Source: Parcubacteria group bacterium (lineage in GTDB: Bacteria > Patescibacteriota > Minisyncoccia > Phycocordibacterales > 21-14-all-47-15). Taken from it: a DNA stretch of 64,000 nt. Under the pieces are notes generated by a model. It had not been told where the DNA came from. It saw only the letters and a list, made by a program, of their open reading frames with translations, and did no database searches. The stretch spans positions 16,185 to 80,184 of the forward strand of contig JACOYO010000003.1 of the NCBI GenBank assembly GCA_016181845.1, in the 5' to 3' direction. Position 1 is the stretch's first letter, and every line of letters starts with the position of its first letter. A program made the position numbers and the translations under genes. Below are positions 8,674 to 17,042 of the stretch, piece by piece.

Positions 8674-8711
8674 AAAAACCGCTATTCCAATATACTGGAA
8701 TAGCGGTTTTT
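8672..8711 (+). terminator. intrinsic terminator (bidirectional)
   Basis: aaaaaaaccgctattccaatatactggaatagcggttttt. Confidence 0.6.
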
Positions 8712-8727
8712 AATTTGTTTGAAAACA

Positions 8728-9441
8728 TCAAAATTGTTTTTGAACCGTAAAACCTGATGTTTTCAAATAATCAGGACATGGGAAATGCGCTCTAACGGTT
8801 ACTAGAGCTGTGTTTATATTTCCTTCCTGAATAATAAAATACGACCTTTCAACTTGTGTGGATTTAAGCATCATTGACAATTTCATTTCCATCATACTTT
8901 TTGTAGGTACGCTGATTTCAATAAATCCGGATTTTTTCGGCACAACAGAAAACATCGGCTTTCCGTTCAATAATTTTTGAAACTCGCTTAAAACACTGAC
9001 TCCCGGGGAAAACACGTGTTCAAACTTGGCAACAGATCCAACGCACATATTAATTAAAAACTGTTCTCGCGCTTGGAAAGCTTGCACATAATAGGCGAGC
9101 ATTTTTATTTCTGAACGGTTTAAATCTCCTTCAAATGACGGCATAACACCCGACTTCCCGTGGCGAATCACATCTTCTATGGCTCCTTGGTCGCCAAGCA
9201 GGTGTCTCATTTCATTATAATCGGTAAAATTACGCGGCTTCACAGCCAAACTTTTTGCAATCTCACCGTTTCCGTCTCCATATACCCCGTGGCAAAACAT
9301 ACACCGTTCTTGATAAAGACGCCCGACTTGTCTCATCGCTTCGTCGTCAAGATTCGTTGATTCAACCAACGCAGTTTGCAAAGAAATTAAGACGAAAACA
9401 CTTATAGCAACGATGCCACACAACACCACGCGATACTTCAT
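8728..9441 (-). CDS. secreted mono-haem c-type cytochrome (class I) with a C-terminal domain of unknown function
   Basis: Start moved to MKYRVVLCGIVAISVFVL (GGAGG 5 nt upstream). CMFCHG is a CxxCH haem-binding motif; a Met ligand candidate sits in GVMPSF. Confidence 0.65.
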   Translation of the reverse strand: MKYRVVLCGIVAISVFVLISLQTALVESTNLDDEAMRQVGRLYQERCMFCHGVYGDGNGEIAKSLAVKPRNFTDYNEMRHLLGDQGAIEDVIRHGKSGVMPSFEGDLNRSEIKMLAYYVQAFQAREQFLINMCVGSVAKFEHVFSPGVSVLSEFQKLLNGKPMFSVVPKKSGFIEISVPTKSMMEMKLSMMLKSTQVERSYFIIQEGNINTALVTVRAHFPCPDYLKTSGFTVQKQF

Positions 9442-9573
9442 ATAACTCCTCCAATGTAAGATATAATTGACAAGGTACAAAACACGAATTTAAAAAAGTA
9501 TACATGACATACTTCAAAAATCAACTGTTTGTTCTTTGGAATTTGGAATTAGAAAATGAGATTTTGTAAAATT

Positions 9574-9592
9574 ATGGACATCCGATGTCCAT
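9574..9592. repeat. palindrome atggacat-ccg-atgtccat overlapping the UDG stop codon
   Basis: Core ggacatcNgatgtcc is shared with 63635-63661. Confidence 0.5.
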
Positions 9593-10227
9593 CATTTTAA
9601 TGTATGGTTATTATTTGTGATTGATACAAGAATCTTTTTTATGATCTTAAAATCGTTTTTGAGCGTGCCGCGCATACTGCCGTTGTAGAGCGCAACTGCC
9701 GGATGATAGAGCGGGATGAGTGTTACCGCGCCGTAAGCAGTTTTTCCTTCAAACGACGCGCCGTGCAAAACACTGATCGGCTTCAACGCCGAAGCAAGCC
9801 CTAAATGTTCAAAAATATATTTCATTGAATAACGCCCGAGGGTCGCGATAACGCGCGGTCGTATAATTTCTATTTGCCGATTTAAAAAAGGAGCATACAG
9901 GGCGATTTCTTCAGGAATCGGGTCACGATTGTCTTGCGGTCTATCTTTCACGATGTTGGTGATATAAACATCTGCCCGCAAAAGTCCGATACTTTCAAGA
10001 AGCGTGTCAAGCATTTTCCCAGCCGCGCCGCAAAACGGCCGCCCAGAAAGCGCTTCTTTTTCTCCTGGCGCTTCGCCGATAAACATAATTTTTGCGTCGT
10101 GGCTTCCATCTCCAAGCACTGGGTAATAGTTGTTTTGTTTCCGATATTTATACAGCGAAGAATCGGTGAGATTCCACACCTCGTCGCGTATTGCTCGAAG
10201 TTGTTCTGTCTTACTTTCTTGTTGCAT
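9592..10227 (-). CDS. uracil-DNA glycosylase, family 4
   Basis: Start moved to MQQESK... Family-4 motifs IGEAPGEKE and GRPFCGAAG are present, plus a C-terminal HPAV/HPSP-like segment. Confidence 0.8.
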   Translation of the reverse strand: MQQESKTEQLRAIRDEVWNLTDSSLYKYRKQNNYYPVLGDGSHDAKIMFIGEAPGEKEALSGRPFCGAAGKMLDTLLESIGLLRADVYITNIVKDRPQDNRDPIPEEIALYAPFLNRQIEIIRPRVIATLGRYSMKYIFEHLGLASALKPISVLHGASFEGKTAYGAVTLIPLYHPAVALYNGSMRGTLKNDFKIIKKILVSITNNNHTLK

Positions 10228-10260
10228 ATTTGTATCGTAGCACAAACCAAACATGAATAA

Positions 10261-10309
10261 CTTGGAGGTCGAGACTTGGAGGCTCAACCTCCAAGTCTCG
10301 ACCTCCAAG
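10261..10309. repeat. 49-bp perfect palindrome (22-bp arms) in a divergent promoter region
   Basis: cttggaggtcgagacttggagg-ctcaa-cctccaagtctcgacctccaag. Confidence 0.6.
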
Positions 10310-10396
10310 TGATTGCTCCACATAAAAAGCTGTGCTACACTGCCGGTTTAGATAGAAAGTCTTTTGTCATTATCAACAACAAGATGGAGGAGTGTG

Positions 10397-11227
10397 ATGA
10401 CACCGGTGTCCGATTTGATTGAACCAAAAGAATTTGATTTTGCAATTGAACAATTGCGCGTGTTTTTTAGGGGAAAAGGATTTATAGAGGTGCCTACGCA
10501 ACATCGTCAGAGCATTCTCGCCGCCTGCGAAGACCCGAGCACCATAGCGACATACACCTACGCAGGACAAACCTGGCCGCTTCCTCAAACTGGACAAATG
10601 TGGCTTGAATATGAATTATTAAAAAATCCTAAAACCCCCGGCTTTTATTGCGTAAGTTACAGTTTCCGCCAAGAGCCAAACCCGATACCCGGCCGTCACG
10701 ACCTCACTTTCCCGATGTTTGAATTTGAACTGAAGGGCGATATGAATAACCTGCTTTCGCTCGAACAAGAACTGATTATTTTTTTGGGAATGAATCGCGG
10801 CATAGAAATAGAGTACAGAGACATAGCCGAAAAATATGGCGTTTCAGAACTCAAGGCAGAACACGAGACGCGCATGGAGAAAGAATTCGGTCCTGTTATT
10901 TTTTTGAAACACTTCCCCATGCGTACGTCGCCTTTTTGGAACATGAAAAATGACGGGGTTGTGGCAAACAAAATTGACGTCATTCTCTACGGCATAGAAA
11001 CCATCGGCTCGGCAGAGCGGAGCGCAGACCCGGAAGAAATGCGGCGGCAATTTTACACCATCAGCGACGGAATGTATGCAAAAATTCTTTTTTCTCATTT
11101 CGTGAAAGAACGGGTTCAAACAGAACTGGGAGTCTTCCTTTCGTCGTTTAAATTTTTCCCGCGATGCGGCGGCGGTATCGGCATGACACGCTTTATCCGC
11201 GCCCTAAAATTGGCGGGCAAATTATAA
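10397..11227 (+). CDS. class-II aminoacyl-tRNA-synthetase catalytic-core paralog lacking an anticodon-binding domain (AsnA/EpmA-like)
   Basis: Start moved to MTPVSD (GGAGG upstream). Motif 2-like FRQEPNPIPGRHDLTFPMFEFE and motif 3-like CGGGIGMTRF. About 276 aa, which is the size of archaeal-type AsnA. Confidence 0.5.
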   Translation: MTPVSDLIEPKEFDFAIEQLRVFFRGKGFIEVPTQHRQSILAACEDPSTIATYTYAGQTWPLPQTGQMWLEYELLKNPKTPGFYCVSYSFRQEPNPIPGRHDLTFPMFEFELKGDMNNLLSLEQELIIFLGMNRGIEIEYRDIAEKYGVSELKAEHETRMEKEFGPVIFLKHFPMRTSPFWNMKNDGVVANKIDVILYGIETIGSAERSADPEEMRRQFYTISDGMYAKILFSHFVKERVQTELGVFLSSFKFFPRCGGGIGMTRFIRALKLAGKL

Positions 11228-11233
11228 AAACAA

Positions 11234-11268
11234 ACGGCTCATTCGCATAAAGCGATGAGCCGTTTTTT
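11234..11268. terminator. bidirectional intrinsic terminator
   Basis: acggctcat-tcgcataaagcg-atgagccgttttt. Confidence 0.55.
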
Positions 11269-11278
11269 AATTTGGATA

Positions 11279-11938
11279 TCAAAATATTTTGTACTTATCT
11301 CCTTCCGCGATTTCGTCAATAAATCCTTTTTCAAGGGCTTCTTCCGCAGAGAAGATGGTGCCGTTTCCGTCATTTGCAAAGGAAAGTTTTTCTATTTCTG
11401 ACAGAGACAATTTGGAATGTTTTTCTAAAATCCTATTCCCGTATTGCTCGTCTTCAGCAAGATATTTTTCTATTTTTCTTATGCGGTTTTTCATACTCGG
11501 ATGATAAACAACCGTAATATCCTTTTCTGACGGGTGTATCAAGAAAAAACTATGCGGCGCCGCGACACGCTTCGTACACCCCTGAAGAACTATCAACGCC
11601 ATGGAAAGACATTTTCGTTCGACAATCCCGACCACTGGCGCTTTCAGGAAAATAGTCAAAAAATCATAAAACGACATTCCGGCATTCACACTTCCTCCGT
11701 CATTATTAATGATAAGAAAAATATCTTTGTCCGGAGAATCTAAGCTCAACTCTATTAAATCGCCCTTGATGCCGCCGGTTTTTTTCTCTGTAATTTCTCC
11801 CGTTAGTAAGACGATTCTTTTTTTCAATAAAACGTGCTTAAATTCCTCATCATCGTCTAGCGATTGAAAATCACCGTCAGAAGTTGCCTCATCCTCATCC
11901 AAATCACCTTCACATAATCTGCGATTTTTCTTTCGCAT
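11279..11938 (-). CDS. ClpP-family serine protease-like protein with an acidic N-terminal extension
   Basis: ...RIVLLTGEI..., ...LIINNDGGSVNAGMSFYDFL..., CLSMALIV (Ser) and FLIHPS (His) line up with the ClpP core. The N-terminus is unusually rich in D/E. Confidence 0.55.
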   Translation of the reverse strand: MRKKNRRLCEGDLDEDEATSDGDFQSLDDDEEFKHVLLKKRIVLLTGEITEKKTGGIKGDLIELSLDSPDKDIFLIINNDGGSVNAGMSFYDFLTIFLKAPVVGIVERKCLSMALIVLQGCTKRVAAPHSFFLIHPSEKDITVVYHPSMKNRIRKIEKYLAEDEQYGNRILEKHSKLSLSEIEKLSFANDGNGTIFSAEEALEKGFIDEIAEGDKYKIF

Positions 11939-12150
11939 ATACCCCCCTGCGTAAGGTTTTACAATGTCCCCTCTTCTCTCTATTTATACCCTACGCCCAG
12001 TTTGAGATAAAGTAAAAGCTCGTCATATAAATAAGCCGTTGCTTTGAAAGATTGTCTAGATTGACAAAATCGTTGTATTGCTTGATTCTTTTAAGTAGTA
12101 CCGTGCTTTTTGACAGCTTTTTACTAACGGAATAATGCGGAGGCAAAAAA

Positions 12151-13455
12151 ATGAGACCATGTTATCGGGTCAAAAGCGGAGTGCTTGATAACGGCCTTCG
12201 TTTTTATACCCAATACGATGATAGTTCTTCAAGAGAAATGGCAGTCCTTGCCGTAAACGTAGGCTCTATCCATGACCCAGACGATAAAAAGGGGCTTGCG
12301 CATACGTTAGAACATGTGATATGCGCAAAAACAAAAAACTTGAGCGCCAAAAGTATTGATGCTTTGTTTGCAAGAAGGATGGGTGGACCGGATGATAATT
12401 TCTTTATTACTACGAGCCGCACCTGCACAACATACGGTCCGGCAGATTACTTAAAAAAATCTCACAGCCAGGAGCTTTTTAAAATTTTTGCCGAGATGAT
12501 ACGAAATCCGATACTCTCAACCGACATCAAAAAAATCGAGCAAGCGGCAATCAATCAGGAACATTATCTGCGCGGGGAAGATATCGCGGAAATTTATATC
12601 GTGGATATCTTGTATGGCATACTCTTCTCCAAAAGCCCTGTCGGCTACCCTGTGGACGGTGTCATGCCTGACGTGCGAAATATTCGCATAAAAGACTTGA
12701 GAAACCACGCCGAAAGATTTTATAGGCCGTCAAACACATTCGTTGTATACTTGGGGCCAAAACACACCGAGGCCCGAAAAATAATAAACGATGCTCTTGG
12801 AGATTGGGGGTTGAAGCATGCGCCAGACACACCAGGGTTAGACGACTTGTTCATGCAACCATTCGCTCCGCTGGCGAAGTCAATGCTCACGACCATCAAG
12901 TGTCGCGGCATCCGTCAATGGCATGTTTGCATCGGGCTTCCGACTGAACCATATAGGAATGACGCCACGGCGCTTGATATTCTTGCGCGAATTCTTTCTG
13001 ACCGCCTCTACCATCGGCTTCGCACAGAAAATATACGCTGGAAACAAGGCGTGTATCGCGCTCCAGTATGGACTGAACACACATTTGCTCATGGGCTTTT
13101 CGCATCGCACTTTGCGACGCTAGATGGAGATTTCGTGCCGCGCATCATTGATACATTTCAAAAGGAATGTATGCGCTTGGGCGAAACACTCATCAGCCGC
13201 GAGGAGATTGAGACATGGGTCGGTTTTATGTACGATTACGAGTTTATGGATTGTTTTCAGAGGTCCCCGGGTAATTTGACCGACATGATTATTGACGCGG
13301 TGTCAAACGGCGACACCGACCTTGCGGAATTACACCAGCGCGGTGAAAAGCTTCTTAGTTTCCGCACGCAAGGAGGGAGAAAAATGCTCCGTGATATATC
13401 TCGGAAATATCTCGGCAATACCGCGACAGTAATCATGAAACCGGAGCCAGCATAA
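12151..13455 (+). CDS. M16-family (insulinase/pitrilysin-like) zinc peptidase
   Basis: The inverted zinc motif HxxEH appears as GLAHTLEHVIC. 434 aa. Confidence 0.8.
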   Translation: MRPCYRVKSGVLDNGLRFYTQYDDSSSREMAVLAVNVGSIHDPDDKKGLAHTLEHVICAKTKNLSAKSIDALFARRMGGPDDNFFITTSRTCTTYGPADYLKKSHSQELFKIFAEMIRNPILSTDIKKIEQAAINQEHYLRGEDIAEIYIVDILYGILFSKSPVGYPVDGVMPDVRNIRIKDLRNHAERFYRPSNTFVVYLGPKHTEARKIINDALGDWGLKHAPDTPGLDDLFMQPFAPLAKSMLTTIKCRGIRQWHVCIGLPTEPYRNDATALDILARILSDRLYHRLRTENIRWKQGVYRAPVWTEHTFAHGLFASHFATLDGDFVPRIIDTFQKECMRLGETLISREEIETWVGFMYDYEFMDCFQRSPGNLTDMIIDAVSNGDTDLAELHQRGEKLLSFRTQGGRKMLRDISRKYLGNTATVIMKPEPA

Positions 13456-13464
13456 CGCCACCAC

Positions 13465-13504
13465 CCCGCCTAAGGCATTTCTTTTCTGCCTTGGGCGGGT
13501 TTTG
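13465..13504 (+). terminator. intrinsic terminator
   Basis: cccgcctaaggca...tgccttgggcgggtttt. Confidence 0.55.
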
Positions 13505-13589
13505 TTTACCCTGAATTCCAGAATTAATTGCAACACTCATGCGGCAAAACACAGCGTCTTTACAAAGCTTACAAAGGGCTGCTTGGTTT

Positions 13590-13639
13590 ACTTAGTGGTT
13601 GAACCTCTCAGTGAAAGACTATGCCAGTATACTGGCATA
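13590..13639. repeat. composite dispersed repeat: acttagtggttgaacc... palindrome (R2) next to the tatgccagtatactggcata palindrome (R1)
   Basis: The same R2+R1 juxtaposition recurs at 46704-46785. Confidence 0.6.
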
Positions 13640-13822
13640 CCATCTGACCTCTATGATATTCCGCTCGCGAAGCGGAAACGGATTGCCGTCTTTATGGTTT
13701 TTCTTCTTGCGCGTACTTGCATACTTGGTAGCTCAACTGCTAAATCAAGTGTTGCGATTAATTCTGGAATTCACCTACCATGTCATTGATAATTATCACC
13801 TTTTGGCTTACACTTGATATAT

Positions 13823-14596
13823 ATGATGAATATTAAAATAAAAAATTATCTCGGCATCGCAGGCATTATCGTATTGCTTGCGATTACATACTGGGCTGTC
13901 AGTGTTGCCAACAATATTGAACCGCCGATAACCAGAAGCTTCAGTGTGAGCGGCGAAGGAAAAGTTACGGCCATCCCTGATGTCGCTGTATTTTCATTCG
14001 GTGTTCTGACAGAGGGAAACACTGACCTCGCTTCATTGCAGGAAAAAAACACTGAAGCATCAAACAAAGCGATTGCTTTTGTAAAAGAAAACGGCGTGGA
14101 ACAAAAAGATATTGGAACGCAAGGATACTCAATAAATCCGCGATATCAATATTCAAACTGCAACGGCCTGCTCTCAAGCGGCTCAAACATCTGCCCTCCT
14201 CCTGAAATTGTCGGATATACAATTTCACAAACCATACAAGTAAAAATGCGCGATTTCAAAAAAATAGGAACAATCATGCGCGGAGTTGTTTCAAACGGAG
14301 CCAATACCGTTTCAGGATTATCGTTTGATATTGATAACCGGACAACACTTGAAAATGAAGCGCGTGCAAAAGCGATTGCTACCGCTGAAGCGCGTGCAAA
14401 AACAATGGCAAAAGCAGGCCATTTCAAAATTGGAAAAATGATTTCAGTTAGCGATGGGGGCATATACGTCCCAACTGTATATCGCGCCTTCGGCGCATCG
14501 GATATAAGCTCCATTGAAGCAAAAGCGGCTCAATTGATAGAGCCCGGCTCACAAGATATTAGCGCAAACGTTACGCTTATATACGCTATAAAATAA
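13823..14596 (+). CDS. SIMPL/DUF541-family periplasmic protein (YggE-like)
   Basis: N-terminal TM/signal segment; ...SGEGKVTAIPDVAVFSFGV... and the overall pattern are typical of DUF541. Confidence 0.7.
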   Translation: MMNIKIKNYLGIAGIIVLLAITYWAVSVANNIEPPITRSFSVSGEGKVTAIPDVAVFSFGVLTEGNTDLASLQEKNTEASNKAIAFVKENGVEQKDIGTQGYSINPRYQYSNCNGLLSSGSNICPPPEIVGYTISQTIQVKMRDFKKIGTIMRGVVSNGANTVSGLSFDIDNRTTLENEARAKAIATAEARAKTMAKAGHFKIGKMISVSDGGIYVPTVYRAFGASDISSIEAKAAQLIEPGSQDISANVTLIYAIK

Positions 14597-14673
14597 CGCG
14601 TGAGGTGAATCCAAACCCAACACAAAAGAACATTCTAAAGCAACATGATTGCCCTTTTTGGCAATTTCTGTAG

Positions 14674-14704
14674 CCTATAAAAAGAGTCTTTTTATAGGTT
14701 TTTT
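14674..14704 (+). terminator. intrinsic terminator
   Basis: cctataaaaagagtctttttataggtttttt. Confidence 0.55.
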
Positions 14705-14751
14705 GACTATAAATATAGTTACGTATATTTTCTCAATAGAGGAGGTCTAGC

Positions 14752-16353
14752 GTGAAAAATCTGAAAGATACGTACAAGGATTGGATGGGAATACATCCGT
14801 GGGATTGCAATAATATCTCCTACAAACCATGTCTTGAAAATTTTGTAGACGGAATATGGAGAGAGGTGGCAAATACAAGATATGTTGACAACCCATTGGA
14901 TGGAACGCCAATGTTTCGCATGCCTGACACAAGCTTGGATGAAATTGCTCCGTTTGTTTCTTTCTTAAAAACATGTCCCGAAGGCGGGTTGCATAATCCG
15001 TTCAGGAACACGGAGCGGTATCGGGAATATGGAGCGGTTTTTGGCAAAGCGGCGAATATGCTTTCCGATGCTTTTATTGCCGATTATTTTACACGCTTGA
15101 TACAATGCGTAATGCCAAAAAGCTACGCGCAAGCGTATGGAGAGGTCGCTGTCACGCGAGACGCGCTTTATAATTTGAGCGGAGACGGAGTCCGCTCTTG
15201 CGCCGAATGGAAAGGCATCCCAGGCGATAGAATGGGCCAGCGGGCGGAAGAACATAGATTCCCACACGGACCCGTGGCAATTATCGCCCCGTTTAATTTC
15301 CCGCTGGAAATCCCGGCGCTTCAGCTTGCAGGTGCGCTTGCCATGGGTAATAAAGTGCTTATCAAAGGCGCGAGCACGGTTGACGTCGTTATTGAAGCAT
15401 TCATTCGCATGCTCCTCTCCTGCGGCATGCCGAAAAATGATGTCGCGCTTATTCATTGCGGTGGCGCAGTGATGGAAGAAATTATCAGACAAGCAGAGCC
15501 GTCAATGACGCAATTTACCGGCAGTTCTGAAGTGGCGCAAAAATTGATCGCGCTTACCAACGGAAAAATAAAAATTGAAGACTCCGGATTTAATTGGAAA
15601 ATATTGGGGTCGGATTGTCCTTATTATGAACAGCGTTTGCTTGATTATGTAGCGTGGCAATGCGACCAGGACGCGTATGCCGCGTCTGGTCAAAAATGTT
15701 CGGCGCAATCGCTTCTTTTTGTTCACTCCAACTGGAAAGAAGCAGGTATCATAGAAAAAATCGCCAAGTATGCCATGCAAAGAAATCTTGAAAACTTGAC
15801 CATCGGCCCGCTTCTGTCTGTCGGGACAAAAGATATTTTGCTTCATATTGAAGCGTTGTCGCACATTCCCGGATTTGACCTTCTTTTCGGCGGGGAGCCG
15901 CTTGGTGGACATACAATTCCGGAACAATACGGCGCAATGGAGCCCACCGCGGTATCCCTTTCACTGAAAGCATTTCTTGAAAAAAAGAGTTTTTCTATTG
16001 CGACAAAAGAAATATTCGGCCCGTTTCAGATTATTGTAGATTACAAAGAAAGCGAACTGTCAACGGTACTTGAGATTGTCGGCAACATACAACACAAACT
16101 CACAGCGGCGGTGGTGTCTGACGATATTTCATTTATCAATCAGATTGTCGGTGCCACCGCAAACGGGACGACATATGCAGGATTGCGCGCGCGTACGACC
16201 GGTGCTCCAGAGTGGCATGGATTTCACCCGGCGGGTGTGCTTGCCGCAAACATCGGCACCATAGAAGCCGTGCGCGAAGTATGGTCGTATGGAAGAACTG
16301 TCGTGTTTGACAATGGTTCTGTGCCGAACGGCTGGGAACCGATACAAACATAA
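14752..16353 (+). CDS. aldehyde dehydrogenase superfamily, ALDH4/1-pyrroline-5-carboxylate-dehydrogenase-like
   Basis: GTG start with GGAGG upstream. NAD motif QFTGSSEVAQ, Glu-region IEDSGFN, catalytic Cys in SGQKCSAQS. 533 aa. Confidence 0.65.
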   Translation: MKNLKDTYKDWMGIHPWDCNNISYKPCLENFVDGIWREVANTRYVDNPLDGTPMFRMPDTSLDEIAPFVSFLKTCPEGGLHNPFRNTERYREYGAVFGKAANMLSDAFIADYFTRLIQCVMPKSYAQAYGEVAVTRDALYNLSGDGVRSCAEWKGIPGDRMGQRAEEHRFPHGPVAIIAPFNFPLEIPALQLAGALAMGNKVLIKGASTVDVVIEAFIRMLLSCGMPKNDVALIHCGGAVMEEIIRQAEPSMTQFTGSSEVAQKLIALTNGKIKIEDSGFNWKILGSDCPYYEQRLLDYVAWQCDQDAYAASGQKCSAQSLLFVHSNWKEAGIIEKIAKYAMQRNLENLTIGPLLSVGTKDILLHIEALSHIPGFDLLFGGEPLGGHTIPEQYGAMEPTAVSLSLKAFLEKKSFSIATKEIFGPFQIIVDYKESELSTVLEIVGNIQHKLTAAVVSDDISFINQIVGATANGTTYAGLRARTTGAPEWHGFHPAGVLAANIGTIEAVREVWSYGRTVVFDNGSVPNGWEPIQT

Positions 16354-16363
16354 CATTCTATTT

Positions 16364-16392
16364 GGGGAGCAGTTTCAACTGCTCCCTTTTTT
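16364..16392 (+). terminator. intrinsic terminator
   Basis: ggggagcagtt-tca-aactgctccctttttt. Confidence 0.6.
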
Positions 16393-16502
16393 GAATCTGT
16401 TGAAGTAAAACTTCAGCAGGCGGGGCTTGCTTTCTTTTTTTGTGAGGGCTATCTTACAATTAGATTCTTTTCTTTTATAAATCGTTGTTGTGCGGAGGGT
16501 TT

Positions 16503-16970
16503 ATGACAGATCTCGGGCACAGAAAAGAAATATTGGTTGCAAAAATCATCAGGAGCCTCAAGTGTGACCATACATGGATTCTAAACGCTGCGCAGTCAAA
16601 CCACACGGAAGACGCCGAGGGCAAGGATGTCATCGTTTACACAAAACAGGGAGAATTTTATATTCAAATAAAAAGCTCGTTAAAAAAAGCGGAAGATTTT
16701 GTACAAGATAAAAAATACCGCAAACGTTATAAAAAAATGTATGTGGTGACGCACCATGACAAAGAAAAAACCACCTGTCACACCATGCCGGCACCAAACG
16801 AAAACGCATATCCTTTTATTATCGTTTTGGTAATATTCCAAAAACAAAAGGGATATCAAAATCAAAATGTTGATATAATGAAGGCGATAGAAGATATTTC
16901 TCTCGTCTTAAAAAAAATAAAGATAACACTCAACATTATCAAGCAACATATTGACGAGTTGGAACAGTAA
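16503..16970 (+). CDS. small PD-(D/E)xK-fold nuclease-like protein (Mrr-cat/Hjc-like), very AT-rich
   Basis: Start at MTDLGHRK (GGAGGG upstream). ...EDAEGKDVIVYTKQGEFYIQIKSS... fits the D...(E/Q)xK restriction-endonuclease-like core. Confidence 0.4.
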   Translation: MTDLGHRKEILVAKIIRSLKCDHTWILNAAQSNHTEDAEGKDVIVYTKQGEFYIQIKSSLKKAEDFVQDKKYRKRYKKMYVVTHHDKEKTTCHTMPAPNENAYPFIIVLVIFQKQKGYQNQNVDIMKAIEDISLVLKKIKITLNIIKQHIDELEQ

Positions 16971-16993
16971 AATAAAGAGCGAGCCTATAAAAA

Positions 16994-17032
16994 ATCCGCC
17001 CGGGTATCTTGCCGATACGCCGGGCGGTTTAA
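16994..17032. terminator. bidirectional terminator shared by convergent genes
   Basis: ccgcccgggtatc...gatacgccgggcggttt. Confidence 0.55.
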
Positions 17033-17042
17033 TGCAAAAAAC

